A stretch of DNA of 58,415 bases, filler included, from Catajapyx aquilonaris (Eukaryota), in assembly GCA_000934665.2 (NCBI GenBank). It is 4 parts of 4 records of this genome, joined end to end, with 100 filler letters (N's around TTAATTAATTAA, not from the genome) between each part and the next. Parts side by side here need not be neighbours in the genome. Positions count along the whole stretch, not along the records: positions 14,639 to 29,168 come from JYFJ02007750.1; 3 more parts are not named here. One strand, given 5' to 3'. Below, one piece after another: positions 14,639-26,702 of the stretch. Position 1 is the first letter of the stretch; each line of letters starts with the position of its first letter. The translations under genes were made by a program, and so were the position numbers. Below the pieces are notes generated by a model. It was not told the origin of the DNA, made no database searches, and saw nothing but the letters and a program-made list of their open reading frames with translations.

Positions 14639-15174
14639 GGGGGGGGGATGGTGGTGTGGGATCGAAAAAAGTGGGGGGAATCAAGGTAGAAGGGATTTGG
14701 AGCTGGCAGAGCGGCTCCCGGCAAATGCGCACGGCCAAAATTCGGATGTTTCTGTCGCTCATATCTCGGAAACGGCTGGACGTTGCGAGCTAACACTTTC
14801 ACCACTGTGTCTATCGCACATGAATGACCCCTCAAGCCAGTTTCAACCAAATCGGAGGTTCTCGACCCTGACCGTTCCCTTGTAAGTGAAAGCAAAGAAC
14901 ACCAGTTTTCATACATTTGTATCTCATTTATCAAGAATCTAGACCAGGTTTTATTATTTTATCACAGAACCGGTATTTCCTTTATGAAATAAATAAAATA
15001 TTGCATATTAAAAATGGGGTTTTCGAGATGTTAATTTTTGAAATGTGCATGTTGCATGAAAACAAAAATCACAGCTCTGATATAAATTCGTTTCTCACTT
15101 AATACAAAGATATACCGAATTTTTATGTAACTTTATAATAGAACTCATGCTACTTTGTTATACAAAAAATTAAA

Positions 15175-15510
15175 GGGAGGCGGAGTGGCGCTGCGGTAAC
15201 GTATGCGCCCACGGATGTTAACGTCCTGGGTTCGATCCCAGCCCGGGGACACCCCCTTCATCTCGTGCAGAGTTCAGGGTCACCTCTGGCTTCGTCTCAG
15301 GTGGTATTTCCAATAGACTAAACCACCCAGGGGAATTCACTAAAAATGGCCACACAAGGACATTGCACTGCACCTCGCACATACCCTCCTGTCTTCCTGC
15401 CCATGGGCCCGGGTGTTTCAATCAATAGGCGCCAAAATGTACCTTCATCAAATAAAGGTCTGTGTGATATGCCCCCAGGTGGGGGCAAAAGCACATTACC
15501 CCAGCAGCAT
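15175..15510 (+). mobile_element. tRNA-derived SINE, family B
   Basis: GGGAGGCGGAGTGGCGCTGCGGTAACG head and B box GGTTCGATCCC; homologs at 30721-30945 and a short head fragment near 56348-56372 (minus); 3' end approximate. Confidence 0.75.
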
Positions 15511-15704
15511 TAGTAAGACCTTCTTTCAATTTATGATGAGGAAGCTACTTAAATTCAATTAATAATTCAAAGGTCTAGGTCAACTACCTTCTTTCAATTT
15601 ACGATGAGGGAGTTACCTAAATCAATTAATATTTCATGTGTCTCCATCACACACACTATGTTTGACCTTGAAGAAATGTAGAGTAGCCAAGTGTTCCTTT
15701 TTCC

Positions 15705-15812
15705 AAATCTAATACGTATTTCTCGACGTATGTCCCTCTGTCCTTTGTGACCTATGCAAATCCATACGGAGGCATCCACATATGCCCCAGGGGTATCACT
15801 AGGGGTAGTTTT
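15705..15812 (-). repeat. Dispersed repeat, also present at 43893-43994 (plus)
   Basis: AAACTACCCCTAGTGATACCCC(A/T)GGGGCATATGTGGA...GGACATACGTC shared in opposite orientations; class unknown. Confidence 0.7.
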
Positions 15813-16136
15813 TTACCGGGAAGGTTCTTAGCGCATTGGAATTGACCTCCGAGGTCATCCTTGGCCACAGGAGGCGAAAAGAACTTTGGATGTTGGCCTC
15901 CTGCGTTCCAATAATGCTGTTCAGTTGCCCTGGAAACCATATTCCTTCCCTCCTCTCTCACCCCCCCCCCCCACCCCGATGCTGCCACCTCCTCCAGCAG
16001 CGCATCAGCAGTGTTATTACATTTCTACACGGTGGCTGTACTTTGGTCAGTATTTTGTACTCATTGGCTGCATACGTTGTTCCATTTCCAAGTCCTTACA
16101 CACCGTTACCTTGGTTACGAGAATGTTAGTGTAATT

Positions 16137-16389
16137 GAGGAGCGACAAAGCAAAACCCGCAAGATCTAATGTTGGCGGAAAACGAGTTAGGCATGGCATA
16201 TTGTCCATCACATGGGGTGTGATGCGGTGTTAAAAGCTGGTCGGGCAAAATGTGTCAGTTCCATAGTATATGAGCCCAAAAACTGTCGATTCAAGCAAAT
16301 ACCGCACCAGCAGCATAGTGCAACCAAAACCAGCAAGATCTATAGAAAAGTTTGTGATGGATCTTGCGGGTTTTGCTTTGCCGCTCCTC
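16137..16389. mobile_element. MITE with GAG...CTC termini and AATT TSD (Sola-like)
   Basis: AATT|GAGGAGCGACAAAGCAAAACCCGCAAGATC ... GATCTTGCGGGTTTTGCTTTGCCGCTCCTC|AATT; 30-bp TIR. Confidence 0.75.
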
Positions 16390-16409
16390 AATTATAGGTA
16401 ATGGTGACG

Positions 16410-16763
16410 GGGGAGGTGTGGTGGCCGTGATGGTAACGTCACGGCTTGCTGTGTGAAAGGCCCCAGGTTCGATCCCCGCCTGGGGAACTTTCCTTTCACC
16501 TGCGTCAGGAGGGTCTCTGACCTGCACCAAGGAGGTGTCTGGCAACCTAACCTCCTGGGGGACAGCACATGACCCGTTTGCAGACGTGCACCTTGCACCC
16601 ATGTTCCCTCCCCAAAAATTCCCTATCCCTTCCCCATGTCCTTTCATCCTTGCACCGGAGTGAAGAAATAAAAATAGAAAATTGAAGCAAATGGTGGTAT
16701 CCCACCCCCCTAAAAGGGCCCATGGCCCTAGCACGGGGTAACGTAAAAAAAAAAAAAAAAAAA
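16410..16763 (+). mobile_element. tRNA-derived SINE, family C (full length, probably young)
   Basis: tRNA-like head (TGGCCGTGATGGTAACG; GGTTCGATCCCC), uninterrupted A19 tail, perfect 13-bp TSD GGTAATGGTGACG at 16397-16409 and 16764-16776. Confidence 0.9.
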
Positions 16764-17504
16764 GGTAATGGTGACGTTTTGTTCATAAGTTCCATATCTT
16801 GATATCCTGGTATCTTATTCCATTTTTATCCTAGACACGGTGGCACGGTCCACCTACGGCCTCGGGGCAGGCCCAGGGTTCAAGCTGGTGGTACAAATAA
16901 TGCGCTGTGTGTAAGAATAGTAGACTAATAGCGGTTGTGGTTTATTGTTTGCTCAGGCAGCCTGTCGGAATTTTCTTGGCGTACTTTTTCTGCCATACCT
17001 TTTCCTCTACGTACTGTGTCATGTGCTTTTTGTCGGAATTCTCTTCTTCCGAACTGTGTTACGTTCTGCGTCATGTAGTTTTCAATCGTTTTGCTTTTAT
17101 TTGTTTTTTCCCCCTTTGTAAAATTTGGACCTCCACATTCTCAATGTATATTCAAAAGTCGTTATGGGATGTGGTTTAACGTGTTTAAGGTGTGGTATAA
17201 AGGTATAAGGCATAATGTGGTCTACGTAGGTACTGTGTCATGTAGTTTTCAATCTTTTTCCATTTGTTTGTTTTTTCACTGTAACTTTTGTGTTGTTTGG
17301 ACTTCATGCACATGCAATATGCTCCATGTTACAGGTATGCCAACATTGTATAGCCATAATTATTTCAAAGGTTACTACCAAATCAATGACTTACACCTAC
17401 ATGGAAAAGTATTTCATAACCCGAGCAACGCCGGGTATCCTGCTAGTACAGTAATAATTATGTATCCTTGGTTCAATAGTCTGTGACTTTGAAGAGCTTC
17501 AAAG

Positions 17505-17684
17505 AGGACATCTGAGAATGCACTTCCACAACCTCCCACTTTTCAAGTTGCGACGGAGATGTCCTCACACAACAAGATGAGTAACAGTGTCAACAAAAGG
17601 GACAGTTTACTCATTGTTGAGTGAGGGCATCTCAGTGGCAACTTGAAAAGTGGGAGGTTCTGGAAGTGCATTCTCAGATGTCCT
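17505..17684. repeat. Long imperfect inverted repeat (hairpin)
   Basis: AGGACATCTGAGAATGCACTTCCA...TGGAAGTGCATTCTCAGATGTCCT; the central part recurs inverted at ~18115-18165. Confidence 0.75.
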
Positions 17685-17693
17685 TTGAATGTA

Positions 17694-18370
17694 TCCTCCT
17701 CAGACGTGATGTCCAATATATTGGACATCCAGATTTAATTATTTACTCCCTTGCTATGGAGCAGATTGGAATAGAACTAAGTTCGAGTAGTACTTAAGAT
17801 ATGTCGCTAGAGTGAAAAAATACACCAGTCACTCTGGCGAGCAAACTTAGCAGCTTTTCATGAAAAAATGGCGGCTCAAGCAAAAAAGTTTAAAAAAAAT
17901 GAAGTGCAGAAAATGTGGTATTTATCTTTGTCTTAACACAGAAAGTAATTTTTCGAATGTTTTAAATGATCACCATATGGAATAAAAACTTTCATGATGC
18001 TATATTTTCTTCTTACGCATTTTGTTTTTAAATTATTGAAAAATGTAGAGAAGGAATGTTATATCTATATGCTGCCCAGCCTAACTTTGACCCTACGTCA
18101 TCGTTTCGTACATCGTTCCTTTTTGTTGACACTGTTTACTAATATTGTTGTGTGAGGACATTTCCATGGAAAACTTGATGACATAGGGTCGAAGTTAGAC
18201 CGGACCACCTAAAAGAGGGATGTCCAATATATTGGACATCAAATTTTGCAAAAAGTTCTTGCAAAAAAAATATGAAATTATTAAAAATTGCTTCTACACC
18301 TACCCTACAAAGCGTTCTTTCCAAGTATTACTAAATAATTGCACCAATGGCTTCTCGGGTCTCAGGAGGG
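17694..18370. mobile_element. Non-autonomous piggyBac-like element carrying the 22-bp palindrome GATGTCCAATATATTGGACATC
   Basis: Termini (T)CCTCCTCAGAC ... GGTCTCAGGAGGG with TGTA/TATA flanks; palindrome at ~17708 and ~18219; same family as 49705-49826. Confidence 0.6.
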
Positions 18371-18629
18371 TATAACCAGTTAACTACACCTGGAAACACA
18401 TGGTGCCTGTGTGATTTATCATCCCATTTTGATCCATCGCACTCATCAGTATGTGCATGAGAACATACTTTAAGCCTTTTACCTGCATTTCAGATTCTGC
18501 ATATACCAGTTTTCCGACTCTTGTATTAGCACAATTTCCTTATGCAACTTCTCATGAACTGTTCCCATGAATGGAGGTCACATAATTTTGCCTCTCAAGG
18601 ATATATTTCACACCAAAAAAGTGACCTTT

Positions 18630-19030
18630 CGGTTGGTTGGTTGGTTGGAAGGGTTACCCAGCTTGTATGGCTCTTTCTGAGTCGAGCCGTGGCAGCCGGG
18701 GGTAGGAGATGAAGGTGTGGGATTGCAAGGTAGGGGGTGGGTTAGAAGGGTGGGGAGAGGAGGGATGGCCCCGGCTCTGCTGCAATGCCGGGTCCAACCC
18801 AGGGACAGGGGTGGGATATTCTCCCAAGCACCCCGTCCGACCAAGAAATGCGAGGCAGGTCCGAGGACCCCTCGAGTAAGAGAGTACCGTCGCTAGTGAA
18901 CCAACCGGGACATCCATTGGGATATTCTCCCAATCGATGTAATCGATATTACTTAGAAAAATGCACTTATTCAACGAGGGTCTTTCACGAGACAGATTGA
19001 CGATTAACCTTTCCATGCACATATATAACA
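18630..19030 (-). mobile_element. Possible 3' end of a non-LTR retroelement
   Basis: (CAAC)n tail on the minus strand preceded by a GC-rich segment; no diagnostic protein motif. Confidence 0.3.
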
Positions 19031-20527
19031 CTTGCTTGGAAAGTGGTTGATGTGCAATATCTTGGTTTCACCATACTCGTGAGTACCGGTACGTACTTTC
19101 GTCACTTATTTTTGGCATCCCACGCCGGGTCTTCGAGTCCTTCCAGATCCCTCCTCATAACCTGACCCAGACAGCAGTATGAGGTGTTGCCTTGCCTGAC
19201 ACATAGCTCGACCAGTGTAGTACCCGGCTCTCGCGCCTTCATCACATCTTCACATGCAAACATTTGCGCATTTCTAACTCATGAGGCAGCCCACGTCCAA
19301 ACAACGCTGATGACATCACATGACAGCGCACACTACAGCCAAGCTACAGCGCATTATTCCGAAAGTAACTGAATACCTCAGTTGGCAACCCCGATTAAAA
19401 ATTGCCGCGCAAAAACTAATCGCACTAAATTTACAAAACCATAGCTTCTATGACATTTCCTAGCCAGGTATGAACCGGGAGAAAATGTGAAACAGATTTG
19501 AAAGATTTTAATGGTGTGCTGGCGCCTGTTGCCATTTTGTCCCCTTCGTCGCTAATGGCCGCCCTGTTGCATTACAATTCGTGGCTGCCTGGGGAAAAAA
19601 TAACTTTGGGTCGCGTCTGATACCACACCTCCTGGAGCATCTGCTGAGAGTAGGTGCCCTGGCTATGTGGGCGTATTGGGAGTGACGTGATCACCGCTTT
19701 CTCATCTACGCCAGAAAAGAGAGACCCACTTGTAGTACACCATGGATGACGATGTCAAGTGAGTTGAAGGCCATCCATGTATGGCCCACTAATAACAGGT
19801 CCATGAAATGAGGGTGATGAAGGGAAAGATGGAGCCAGTTTTGTAGTCGGATACACAAGTGGATAGTGTAATGTATAAGTAAGTATCAATTGGTTCAGAC
19901 CTGTCCGTCATAGTGCGTTATTGCCAAACAAACTTATCATACACACCATTGCTGATCACGGCCTATCAAGTGTAAAAGGAAGTCAGCGTTTTGGTATTTT
20001 GTCAAGTTTTCTCTGATTTTATACAATCATGGCTTAGCACTGAGCCTGAGCAGTGTGGCAAATACATTTTCTTGGACAGTAACCATGTGGAAGTGTCACT
20101 TTTAAGGCAGAGGGACCTTACCGTCCTTTCAGGTCACTGCATTAAGGCAACGATTATCTTGTCCAGCTCATTGGTGGAGCCGAAGCCAGCCAAAGCAGAG
20201 ATGGGCTATCTGGAATGGGGGGAATGAGAGGGGACGAGGTTTTCAGACTGTGTGAGGAAACTTAAGGAACAGGTTATCTGGTGTGATGATCAATGCATGA
20301 GTTTGATAGAGGGTATTGTGCTTGTGTTGAATATGGCCTTTCATGGTTATGGTATCACTGACCTTAAGTTAGTTTGGTTTTGCTGGTTCATGACTGCAGT
20401 GACAGTAGGCACTTGACTCTTGACATACAAACATCAATTGACTGACTTTATACTCAACTAGCACAATTCAGAACATGGCTAACCGGGCAAAAAGTCAGGA
20501 AACAAGGTACAGTGAGTTCACATAATA

Positions 20528-20904
20528 CAAGGTGTTTCTTACTAGTAGTTCATCCCACTGGCAGAATATTTCTTGGGTGACAACAAGTTGAAAATGTAGG
20601 GGTGAGAAATGTCGAGGGACCAACTTTTAACGAGGTAAGTGACCAGAAACATTGGCCAATGGTTGCCTAGGGTGCAGGATATGAGCATGATAATTGTGAC
20701 TGTTGGGGTTTGTGAGGTCACCTCTTTCACATAAGTGATTATCATTGCTCATATCCTGCACCCTAGGCAACCATTGGTCAGTGTTTCTGCTTGTCTACCT
20801 CATTACAGGTTGGCCCCTCGACATTTCTCCCCCCTACATTTTAGACTTGGTTTGGGCCGAGGAGTACGCTGACTTCAGGTTGACCTCCAGTAAGAAACAT
20901 CCTG
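20528..20904. mobile_element. Fold-back Tc1/mariner-type MITE
   Basis: TA|CAAGGTGTTTCTTACT ... AGTAAGAAACATCCTG|TA; the interior is largely one inverted repeat (CCAATGGTTGCCTAGGGTGCAGGATATGAGCA and its reverse complement). Confidence 0.8.
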
Positions 20905-21395
20905 TATATTTCTTCTAGGTAGTTTTCCTCGTGGAAATGTATTTGCTAGTTGCTACACCTTCTGGTCTCGGTACTACTAGTTGGCACAATTGTCTTCTTT
21001 CAAAACAAGCTAGTTTTTCGTAGTCCTTGTGCACCCAATGAACTTAGCAGAAACATTTCCTTGGAGGGCTTGTAAGGAAGATTCCAATGTTAGGGATATA
21101 CTATTCTACCAACTTGGCAACAACTGAAGAGATCTGGTGTTGGAAGATTATGAATACTCTCTTCATGCAGGTGCATTTGTGTCAACTATCTGCTTGTACC
21201 AATTTATTAATGTGCAAAGGTGTTTTAACAGGCCTAATCATGTAAATCACTAGATTGCTTTATGAGTGGATGTCACATGTAAATCACCTGATTATATGAT
21301 ATGTAGTCTACTTGCCCTGACCCTCCTTTGTGCATTGGCCTTAGCTGCTGATTGAATCTGGTACCTTTTATGCCTGTTGATCAAGACAAGAAATT

Positions 21396-21459
21396 GAAGA
21401 CGTCACTTGCCAAAGAGCCCAACTCCACGAGGTGAAATTTTTCAGGAGAGACTAAAAAC

Positions 21460-21493
<34 letters not shown>

Positions 21494-22001
21494 TAATTGC
21501 TCCATTCAGAGTTTCCTGGTTTATGATGCTCATAGGGCACCATTATACACACCTAGTGGCATAGACATCATCCACTGGAAAGCAATAGGTCAGAGTCTAT
21601 TGAAGGTCAAAATCAGTGGAATTGGGCCCTTGGGCAACTGAACACCCGCACCAACATTTCCTGTTGCAAATTTCAGTGGTATAGTCATGCCTGTCCATCT
21701 GAGCACATCATATTCGTAAAGTAGTATTACAAAGAAAGGTGTGACCAGTTTTATTTCCATCTCTGTTAATTATTATTTACATTAATCCCAATCTGATTTA
21801 GTCCAGTCAGTTGCCAAAGGGCCCAACTCCAGTGGTAGGCAATGGACTGCAAATCATCATATTCAATTTTAAGGGACTTCTGATTGACTTTGGCTCTTCA
21901 TCTTTACCGTGGCTGTGAGGCCCGACTCCAAGAGTAGGAATCGACAATAAAACGGTTTTTCGAAATTTTGGGAGTTGAGCCCTTTGGCAAGTGACATCTT
22001 C
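21396..22001. mobile_element. Non-autonomous TIR element with AATT TSD (Sola-like); contains (TA)n at ~21463-21490
   Basis: AATT|GAAGACGTCACTTGCCAAAGAGCCCAACTCC ... GGAGTTGAGCCCTTTGGCAAGTGACATCTTC|AATT; internal copies of the TIR motif at ~21614 and ~21807. Confidence 0.75.
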
Positions 22002-22154
22002 AATTCTTTCACATTCCTGTTTCTCCAGCTACAAACAGTAGAATGAGTCACCTCATATCACACCACTTCATATTTTTCCCTTCCCACCACTGACCTACTT
22101 AGTTGGTCCTGCTATTCTAATCTATTATTTAAGCGGAATGCGTAAGTGGTGCAG

Positions 22155-23099
22155 GGTTCCCGATAAACTCGGCGAAAGAAAACTTGGCGAATGACCGTTC
22201 AGCGACTACCATTCGGCGAAAATGAAATTCGCTGAACGTATTTTTCGGCGACAGGAGCATTCACCGAAAACGGTTTTCGGCGAAATTACAATTGGGCGAG
22301 CACACTTTTCGGCGACAGGACAATTCACTGAAAAAGCTTATCGACGTGATAGAAATAGACACAGAAGAGAATGGAGCGATGGATCGGATAGAATGTAGCA
22401 GGTACTGTATTATTCGGCTGATAAAACATTACATAAAAATTCATCTTCATAAGAGATATTTTCCAAAATCTTCCTTTTCGCGCGCGGTGCTTCCACAGCT
22501 GCAGCATTCGGTGCATGATTGTGGTCATTGGTCGACCGGAAAATTATCGTAGTGTCGTCTCCAAGCCTGGTGTGAACCCTTGCTTTGCAATGTTGATATT
22601 TTTTTCACATCTCCAATAAACCTGACAAAATAGCGGCCGTCCAAGTAGCACATTAAACATATTGTAAAGAGATGCAATTAAACACTCACCTTATCTCCGT
22701 GAGACTTATCCTTCACATACACAAAACCACACTCCACCAGCTTCGGTCTGCCTCTCTCACTTTGCAACATTCCTGTCTGTGAGTCAGGGGAATAATGACC
22801 AAAGCATATACACAACGCTTCGTGGAAGTCAGGTGATTTGGGAGATATCAACAGGGCTGACTATACTTCCCCATTGGACGGACATAGTCGACTAGCGGTA
22901 AATTACTCGAGCGCTCTTTCCATTTAGACGAAAAGAGTCGGCGAATTGTCCTGTCGCCGAAAAGTGTGCTTGCCCAATTGTAATTTCGCCGAAAACCGTT
23001 TTCGGTGAATGCTCCTGTCGCCGAAAAATACGTCCGGCGAATTTCATTTTCGCCGAATGGCAGTCGCCAAGTTTTCTTTCGCCGAGTTTATCGCGGACC
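22155..23099. mobile_element. Mutator-like (MULE/Foldback-type) non-autonomous element
   Basis: ~175-bp TIRs built of tandem TTCGGCGA-type modules; 9-bp TSD GTGGT[G/A]CAG at 22146-22154 and 23100-23108; G...C termini. Confidence 0.8.
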
Positions 23100-23356
23100 G
23101 TGGTACAGTCCTGGTTGAAATAAACTAGCATGAAACCAACCCGTGTTCCTTGCACTGCCTTGCACTGCAATACAAAAACACAAAACTTGCACTAGCTCAG
23201 TAATTGTACTACACTGATCCATGAAATAATGGGCTGCCATTGATCTTAAATTCTTGTAAGCTGCACTGGAAATAGAAAATGAAACTTGAGGTGCATATTT
23301 CATTAGTTATTTACTTCCCTATTGGACCTCATTATTATTGTTAAGAAGTTTTGGTA

Positions 23357-23521
23357 CTTTTCTGTTTCCGTAATGCCACTATGGCTTTTTCCTGGAACAC
23401 CTGGCTCCCTTCTGTTATTCCATGAAATCTCCTTTTGCTGCACAATGGCATTCTATGGAATAACAGAAGGGAGCCAGGTGTTCCAGGAAAAAGCCACAGT
23501 GGCGTTCAGGAAACAGAAAAG
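23357..23521. mobile_element. Hairpin MITE (TA TSD)
   Basis: TA|CTTTTCTGTTTCC...GGAAACAGAAAAG|TA with ~70-bp inverted arms. Confidence 0.75.
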
Positions 23522-23567
23522 TACAGGAGTTCCTTTGAAAAAATCATGTCTTTTCTCTACACATGTA

Positions 23568-23778
23568 CACCCGCGAGCATAAAGATGGAGACGGCAGGCC
23601 CTCACCTTCGGCAGGCTGCTCTCCCAATTGCAGCTATTACGGTATCAAATATACTGTCATAAATACACGAACACACGCTTGATGCAGCTAACTCGGTCCA
23701 AAAAGAGTTCATTAATTTGAGTCGGATAAAGAAAGGTCAAAAAAGGGCCTGCCGTCTCTATCTTTATGCTTGCGGGGG
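23568..23778. mobile_element. MITE (TA TSD)
   Basis: TA|CACCCGCGAGCATAAAGATGGAGACGGCAGGCCC ... GGGCCTGCCGTCTCTATCTTTATGCTTGCGGGGG|TA. Confidence 0.75.
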
Positions 23779-23899
23779 TACAGTGAAACCTGGCTATGTT
23801 GGACACTGACAGTTCGAAGGAAAATCTTCAACATAGGGATATTAGGATTTCAATCTCTCTGGTTTCATTGAGCAGTGCAGTAATGTTGTAACTGTTGTA

Positions 23900-23999
23900 C
23901 TATATCGCCCAAAAAGATAGAGACGATTTTGCATTTGACTCAAGTGCAACTTGCACTTGAATCAAATGCCAATCGTCTCTATCTTTTTGAGCGATATAG
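23900..23999. mobile_element. 100-bp hairpin MITE (TA TSD)
   Basis: TA|CTATATCGCCCAAAAAGATAGAGACGATT...AATCGTCTCTATCTTTTTGAGCGATATAG|TA; almost no spacer. Confidence 0.75.
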
Positions 24000-24069
24000 T
24001 ACATTACACATCCAGTAGTCATCTTCCAATGCATGTGATCTTATTTTCGGTACATTATAGCAAAGTATA

Positions 24070-24695
24070 CACTGTCGATTTGAAAAGTTTTGCCTCCTAT
24101 GCAATAATTTCAATAATATGCAAGATACGCACTTAAACTGTATGTCTGGTGAAAGCTTGGAATGTCCTCTACCAGAAGGTTTCGTTACTTTTCCACGAAG
24201 CCACCATTCCGATTAACATGCATGCGCCAACGTCGGACCAGTTGTTGCATCCTGTAAGAGAAGAAATCAGGTGTCTTCTCCCGGCACTAACAATGCTCAC
24301 CTGCTTGCACCTGCACATTACTGGTGTAATGGGGCCCCTTCAGGTGTTCGTTCAGGTTTGTGAAAAGGCAAAAGTTGCAAGATGAGAGATGCGGGCTGTG
24401 TGGCATCTGATGCTGCAATGCATCCTGCATTTGTCGACTCGTGCATAAGCTAGCATTGTCATGGTGTAAGATTGCAATACAGCCCGGATCTCTCCCTTCA
24501 CAGCTTTTTTTTCCTTTTAACAAAGGTGAACGAACACCTGAAGTGTCATCATTACACCAATGATGCAGAGGTGAGTAATGAAACTCTCTGGTAGAGGACA
24601 TTCCAAGCTTTCACCAGGCATACAGTTTGTGTGTGTATCTTGTGTATTATTGAAATTATGTCTCCTAGGAGGCAAGACTTTTCGAATCGATTTCG
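24070..24695 (-). mobile_element. Degenerate mariner derivative with ~120-bp inverted ends
   Basis: Inverted repeats at 24070-24188 and 24574-24695 with TA flanks; the minus strand encodes ILHHDNA...PHSPHLSSCNFCLFTNLNEHLKG...DFF...LVRRW...GGFVEK (mariner catalytic C-terminus). Confidence 0.75.
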
Positions 24696-25029
24696 TACAT
24701 GCAATTTCTGGAACTTGCCTACTTTTTGGTTCATCAATTGGTAACAAAGTGATTGGTTCATCTTCTGATGATTTACTTTGTGCATCCTGCAACACCTGAT
24801 TCAGCACCTCATCTGCATTGCCACCATATTCATCCTCCATTGTCAGGATGTTGTCATATAGTTGACACTCTCACTTGAAGACATGAAGGCATGCTGCATA
24901 AATGTATGCAGAGCTCAGCATGGCTCAAGTTTTTAGAAAAAAAATTACATTAGATTGTGTTGGGGACACAAGCCGCAGCATTTGCAGGCTCAACCTACAT
25001 TATGTTTCACTTTTCTCGACTATAAATGG

Positions 25030-25296
25030 CGGGGGCATGCAGGCAAACTCGAGCGTTACAGAAAACGGTTACAGAAAAACGGCGGTTATAGCAGACTCGG
25101 TTCTAATAGACTGTAACGCTTTTCTGAAACGCTAGAGTTTGCCTGCATGCCCCAGCCATGGGCCTCCTGGCAGGGCCCTGCTGTAACTCTTTTCTGTAAC
25201 GCTCGAGTTTGCCTGCAAGCCCCAGCCATGGGCCCCCTGGCAGGGCCCTGCTGTAACGCTTTTCTGTAACGCTCGTGCTTGCCGGCATGCCCCCTG
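25030..25296. repeat. 70-bp tandem repeat (~2.6 copies) with an inverted copy of its end; possibly hAT-like termini
   Basis: Units start at 25111, 25181 and 25251; GGGGGCATGCAGGCAAACTCGAGCGTTACAG at 25031 is the reverse complement of the unit; no TSD seen. Confidence 0.7.
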
Positions 25297-25870
25297 ATCC
25301 GATTTTAAAGACGTAACTACGTCAAAAGTGGTTCCTGGAGATCCTGGAGAGGTTGCCACACCCATGACTCCTGTTTATTCGGCTCCACGAAGGATTCTAT
25401 CGATAATGTGTGCCTATCTGCCAACCTGCATGGGTCCTGTATTTGTGGCAAAGCAATAAATTGCATATCATTTTGGGATGGCCCTCACATGACATTGAAA
25501 GTTTGAAATTTGAAAATAACCCTGTGAACTTTTGGACTGATAAAATGAAAGACTATCCAGGCCGGGCAACCTGTTCTCTGAAGTAATTAATACCATTTAC
25601 TAACTACCTAATTATGTGAAGCTGATTTTTGTCATTAATGCCCATGAAAACAAAGTACTGTCTCCAATAGTATCCATAAGTGTGAACAAAAGCTAGCCCC
25701 CATCACACTAACTGATAAGTGCCCACAATTACTATTTTCAAGTAACAGGATCAGTATGGGGGTACAATCTGTTTTGACATGTTTATAAAGGGGAGCGTGA
25801 CAAAAAAAGTTCGGAAACCACTAATGTAGAGTAAATGTAAAAATGGTAAGACTGCACTTGTCCAACTTAA

Positions 25871-26669
25871 CCCTTAACTTGCAACGTGGGGTCCTTTTCG
25901 GACCCCAGGGTATACTTATGTCACCACCCTGAAGCATGTTTTTGGCAAAATGAAAATTCCCACACCTATATTCCTGAAATATACTCTTTGACACCTGAAA
26001 AAAATTATGCGCAACGAACAAAATTTCTAAAGGGAGTTAACGTCATTTAAACGTTCATAAGTCGTCTTGGGGTCCAAAAAGGACCCCACGTTGCAAGTTA
26101 GCGACCAGTTGTTTCCAACCCTAAAGAGACACGACAAATTCATGATGTAGCAAGCATAAAAAATCGCACAGGTGTAAAAAAAATTATCCATGTATAGTAT
26201 TGTACATGCAGTGAAACCTATCCATGCCGGACCCTGAGTATAACGGAAACTTGTCCATTGCGGAATTTTTCCTGGGAACGGGCTTATCCACAGTACATGA
26301 ATTCCGTGTCGAATGTAAAGGAAACCTGTCCATTACGGAAAATGTTATGGTTCCGTGCGATTCCGCTATACACTGGTTTCACACCAACGAGAAGTCAAGC
26401 GTTAGTAAACCAGATCCAGTTTCAATTCTCCCACATGATAAGGAGACTGCCATTACAGCTGCTGGGTCACGAAGTGGGATACGGGTAAACAGTAAACAGC
26501 GCCTCATGAGTCAACCAAGGGTCAGAGGAGGTCAAATTTGTTTAAATTCTGTCACTTATAGTCCAGGCTGAATTTAGGAAGCATTTATATTTTGATGGTT
26601 TTGTTAATGTAAGTTTATAATCGAAAAAACGACGTGGGGTCCAAAAAGGACCCCACGTTGCAAGTTAAG
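25871..26669. mobile_element. Non-autonomous piggyBac-like element A
   Basis: TTAA|CCCTTAACTTGCAACGTGGGGTCC ... GGACCCCACGTTGCAAGTTAAG; repeated GGGGTCC-N5-GGACCCC palindromes; right terminus degenerate. Confidence 0.65.
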
Positions 26670-26702
26670 CATGGCTAAATGAGGTTGCAAATTAACCCTT
26701 AA

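Noticed and set aside
24517..24840. 107-aa acidic ORF (MEDEYGGNADEVL...)
   Set aside because: About half lies within a mariner inverted end; no recognisable domain or supported splice structure
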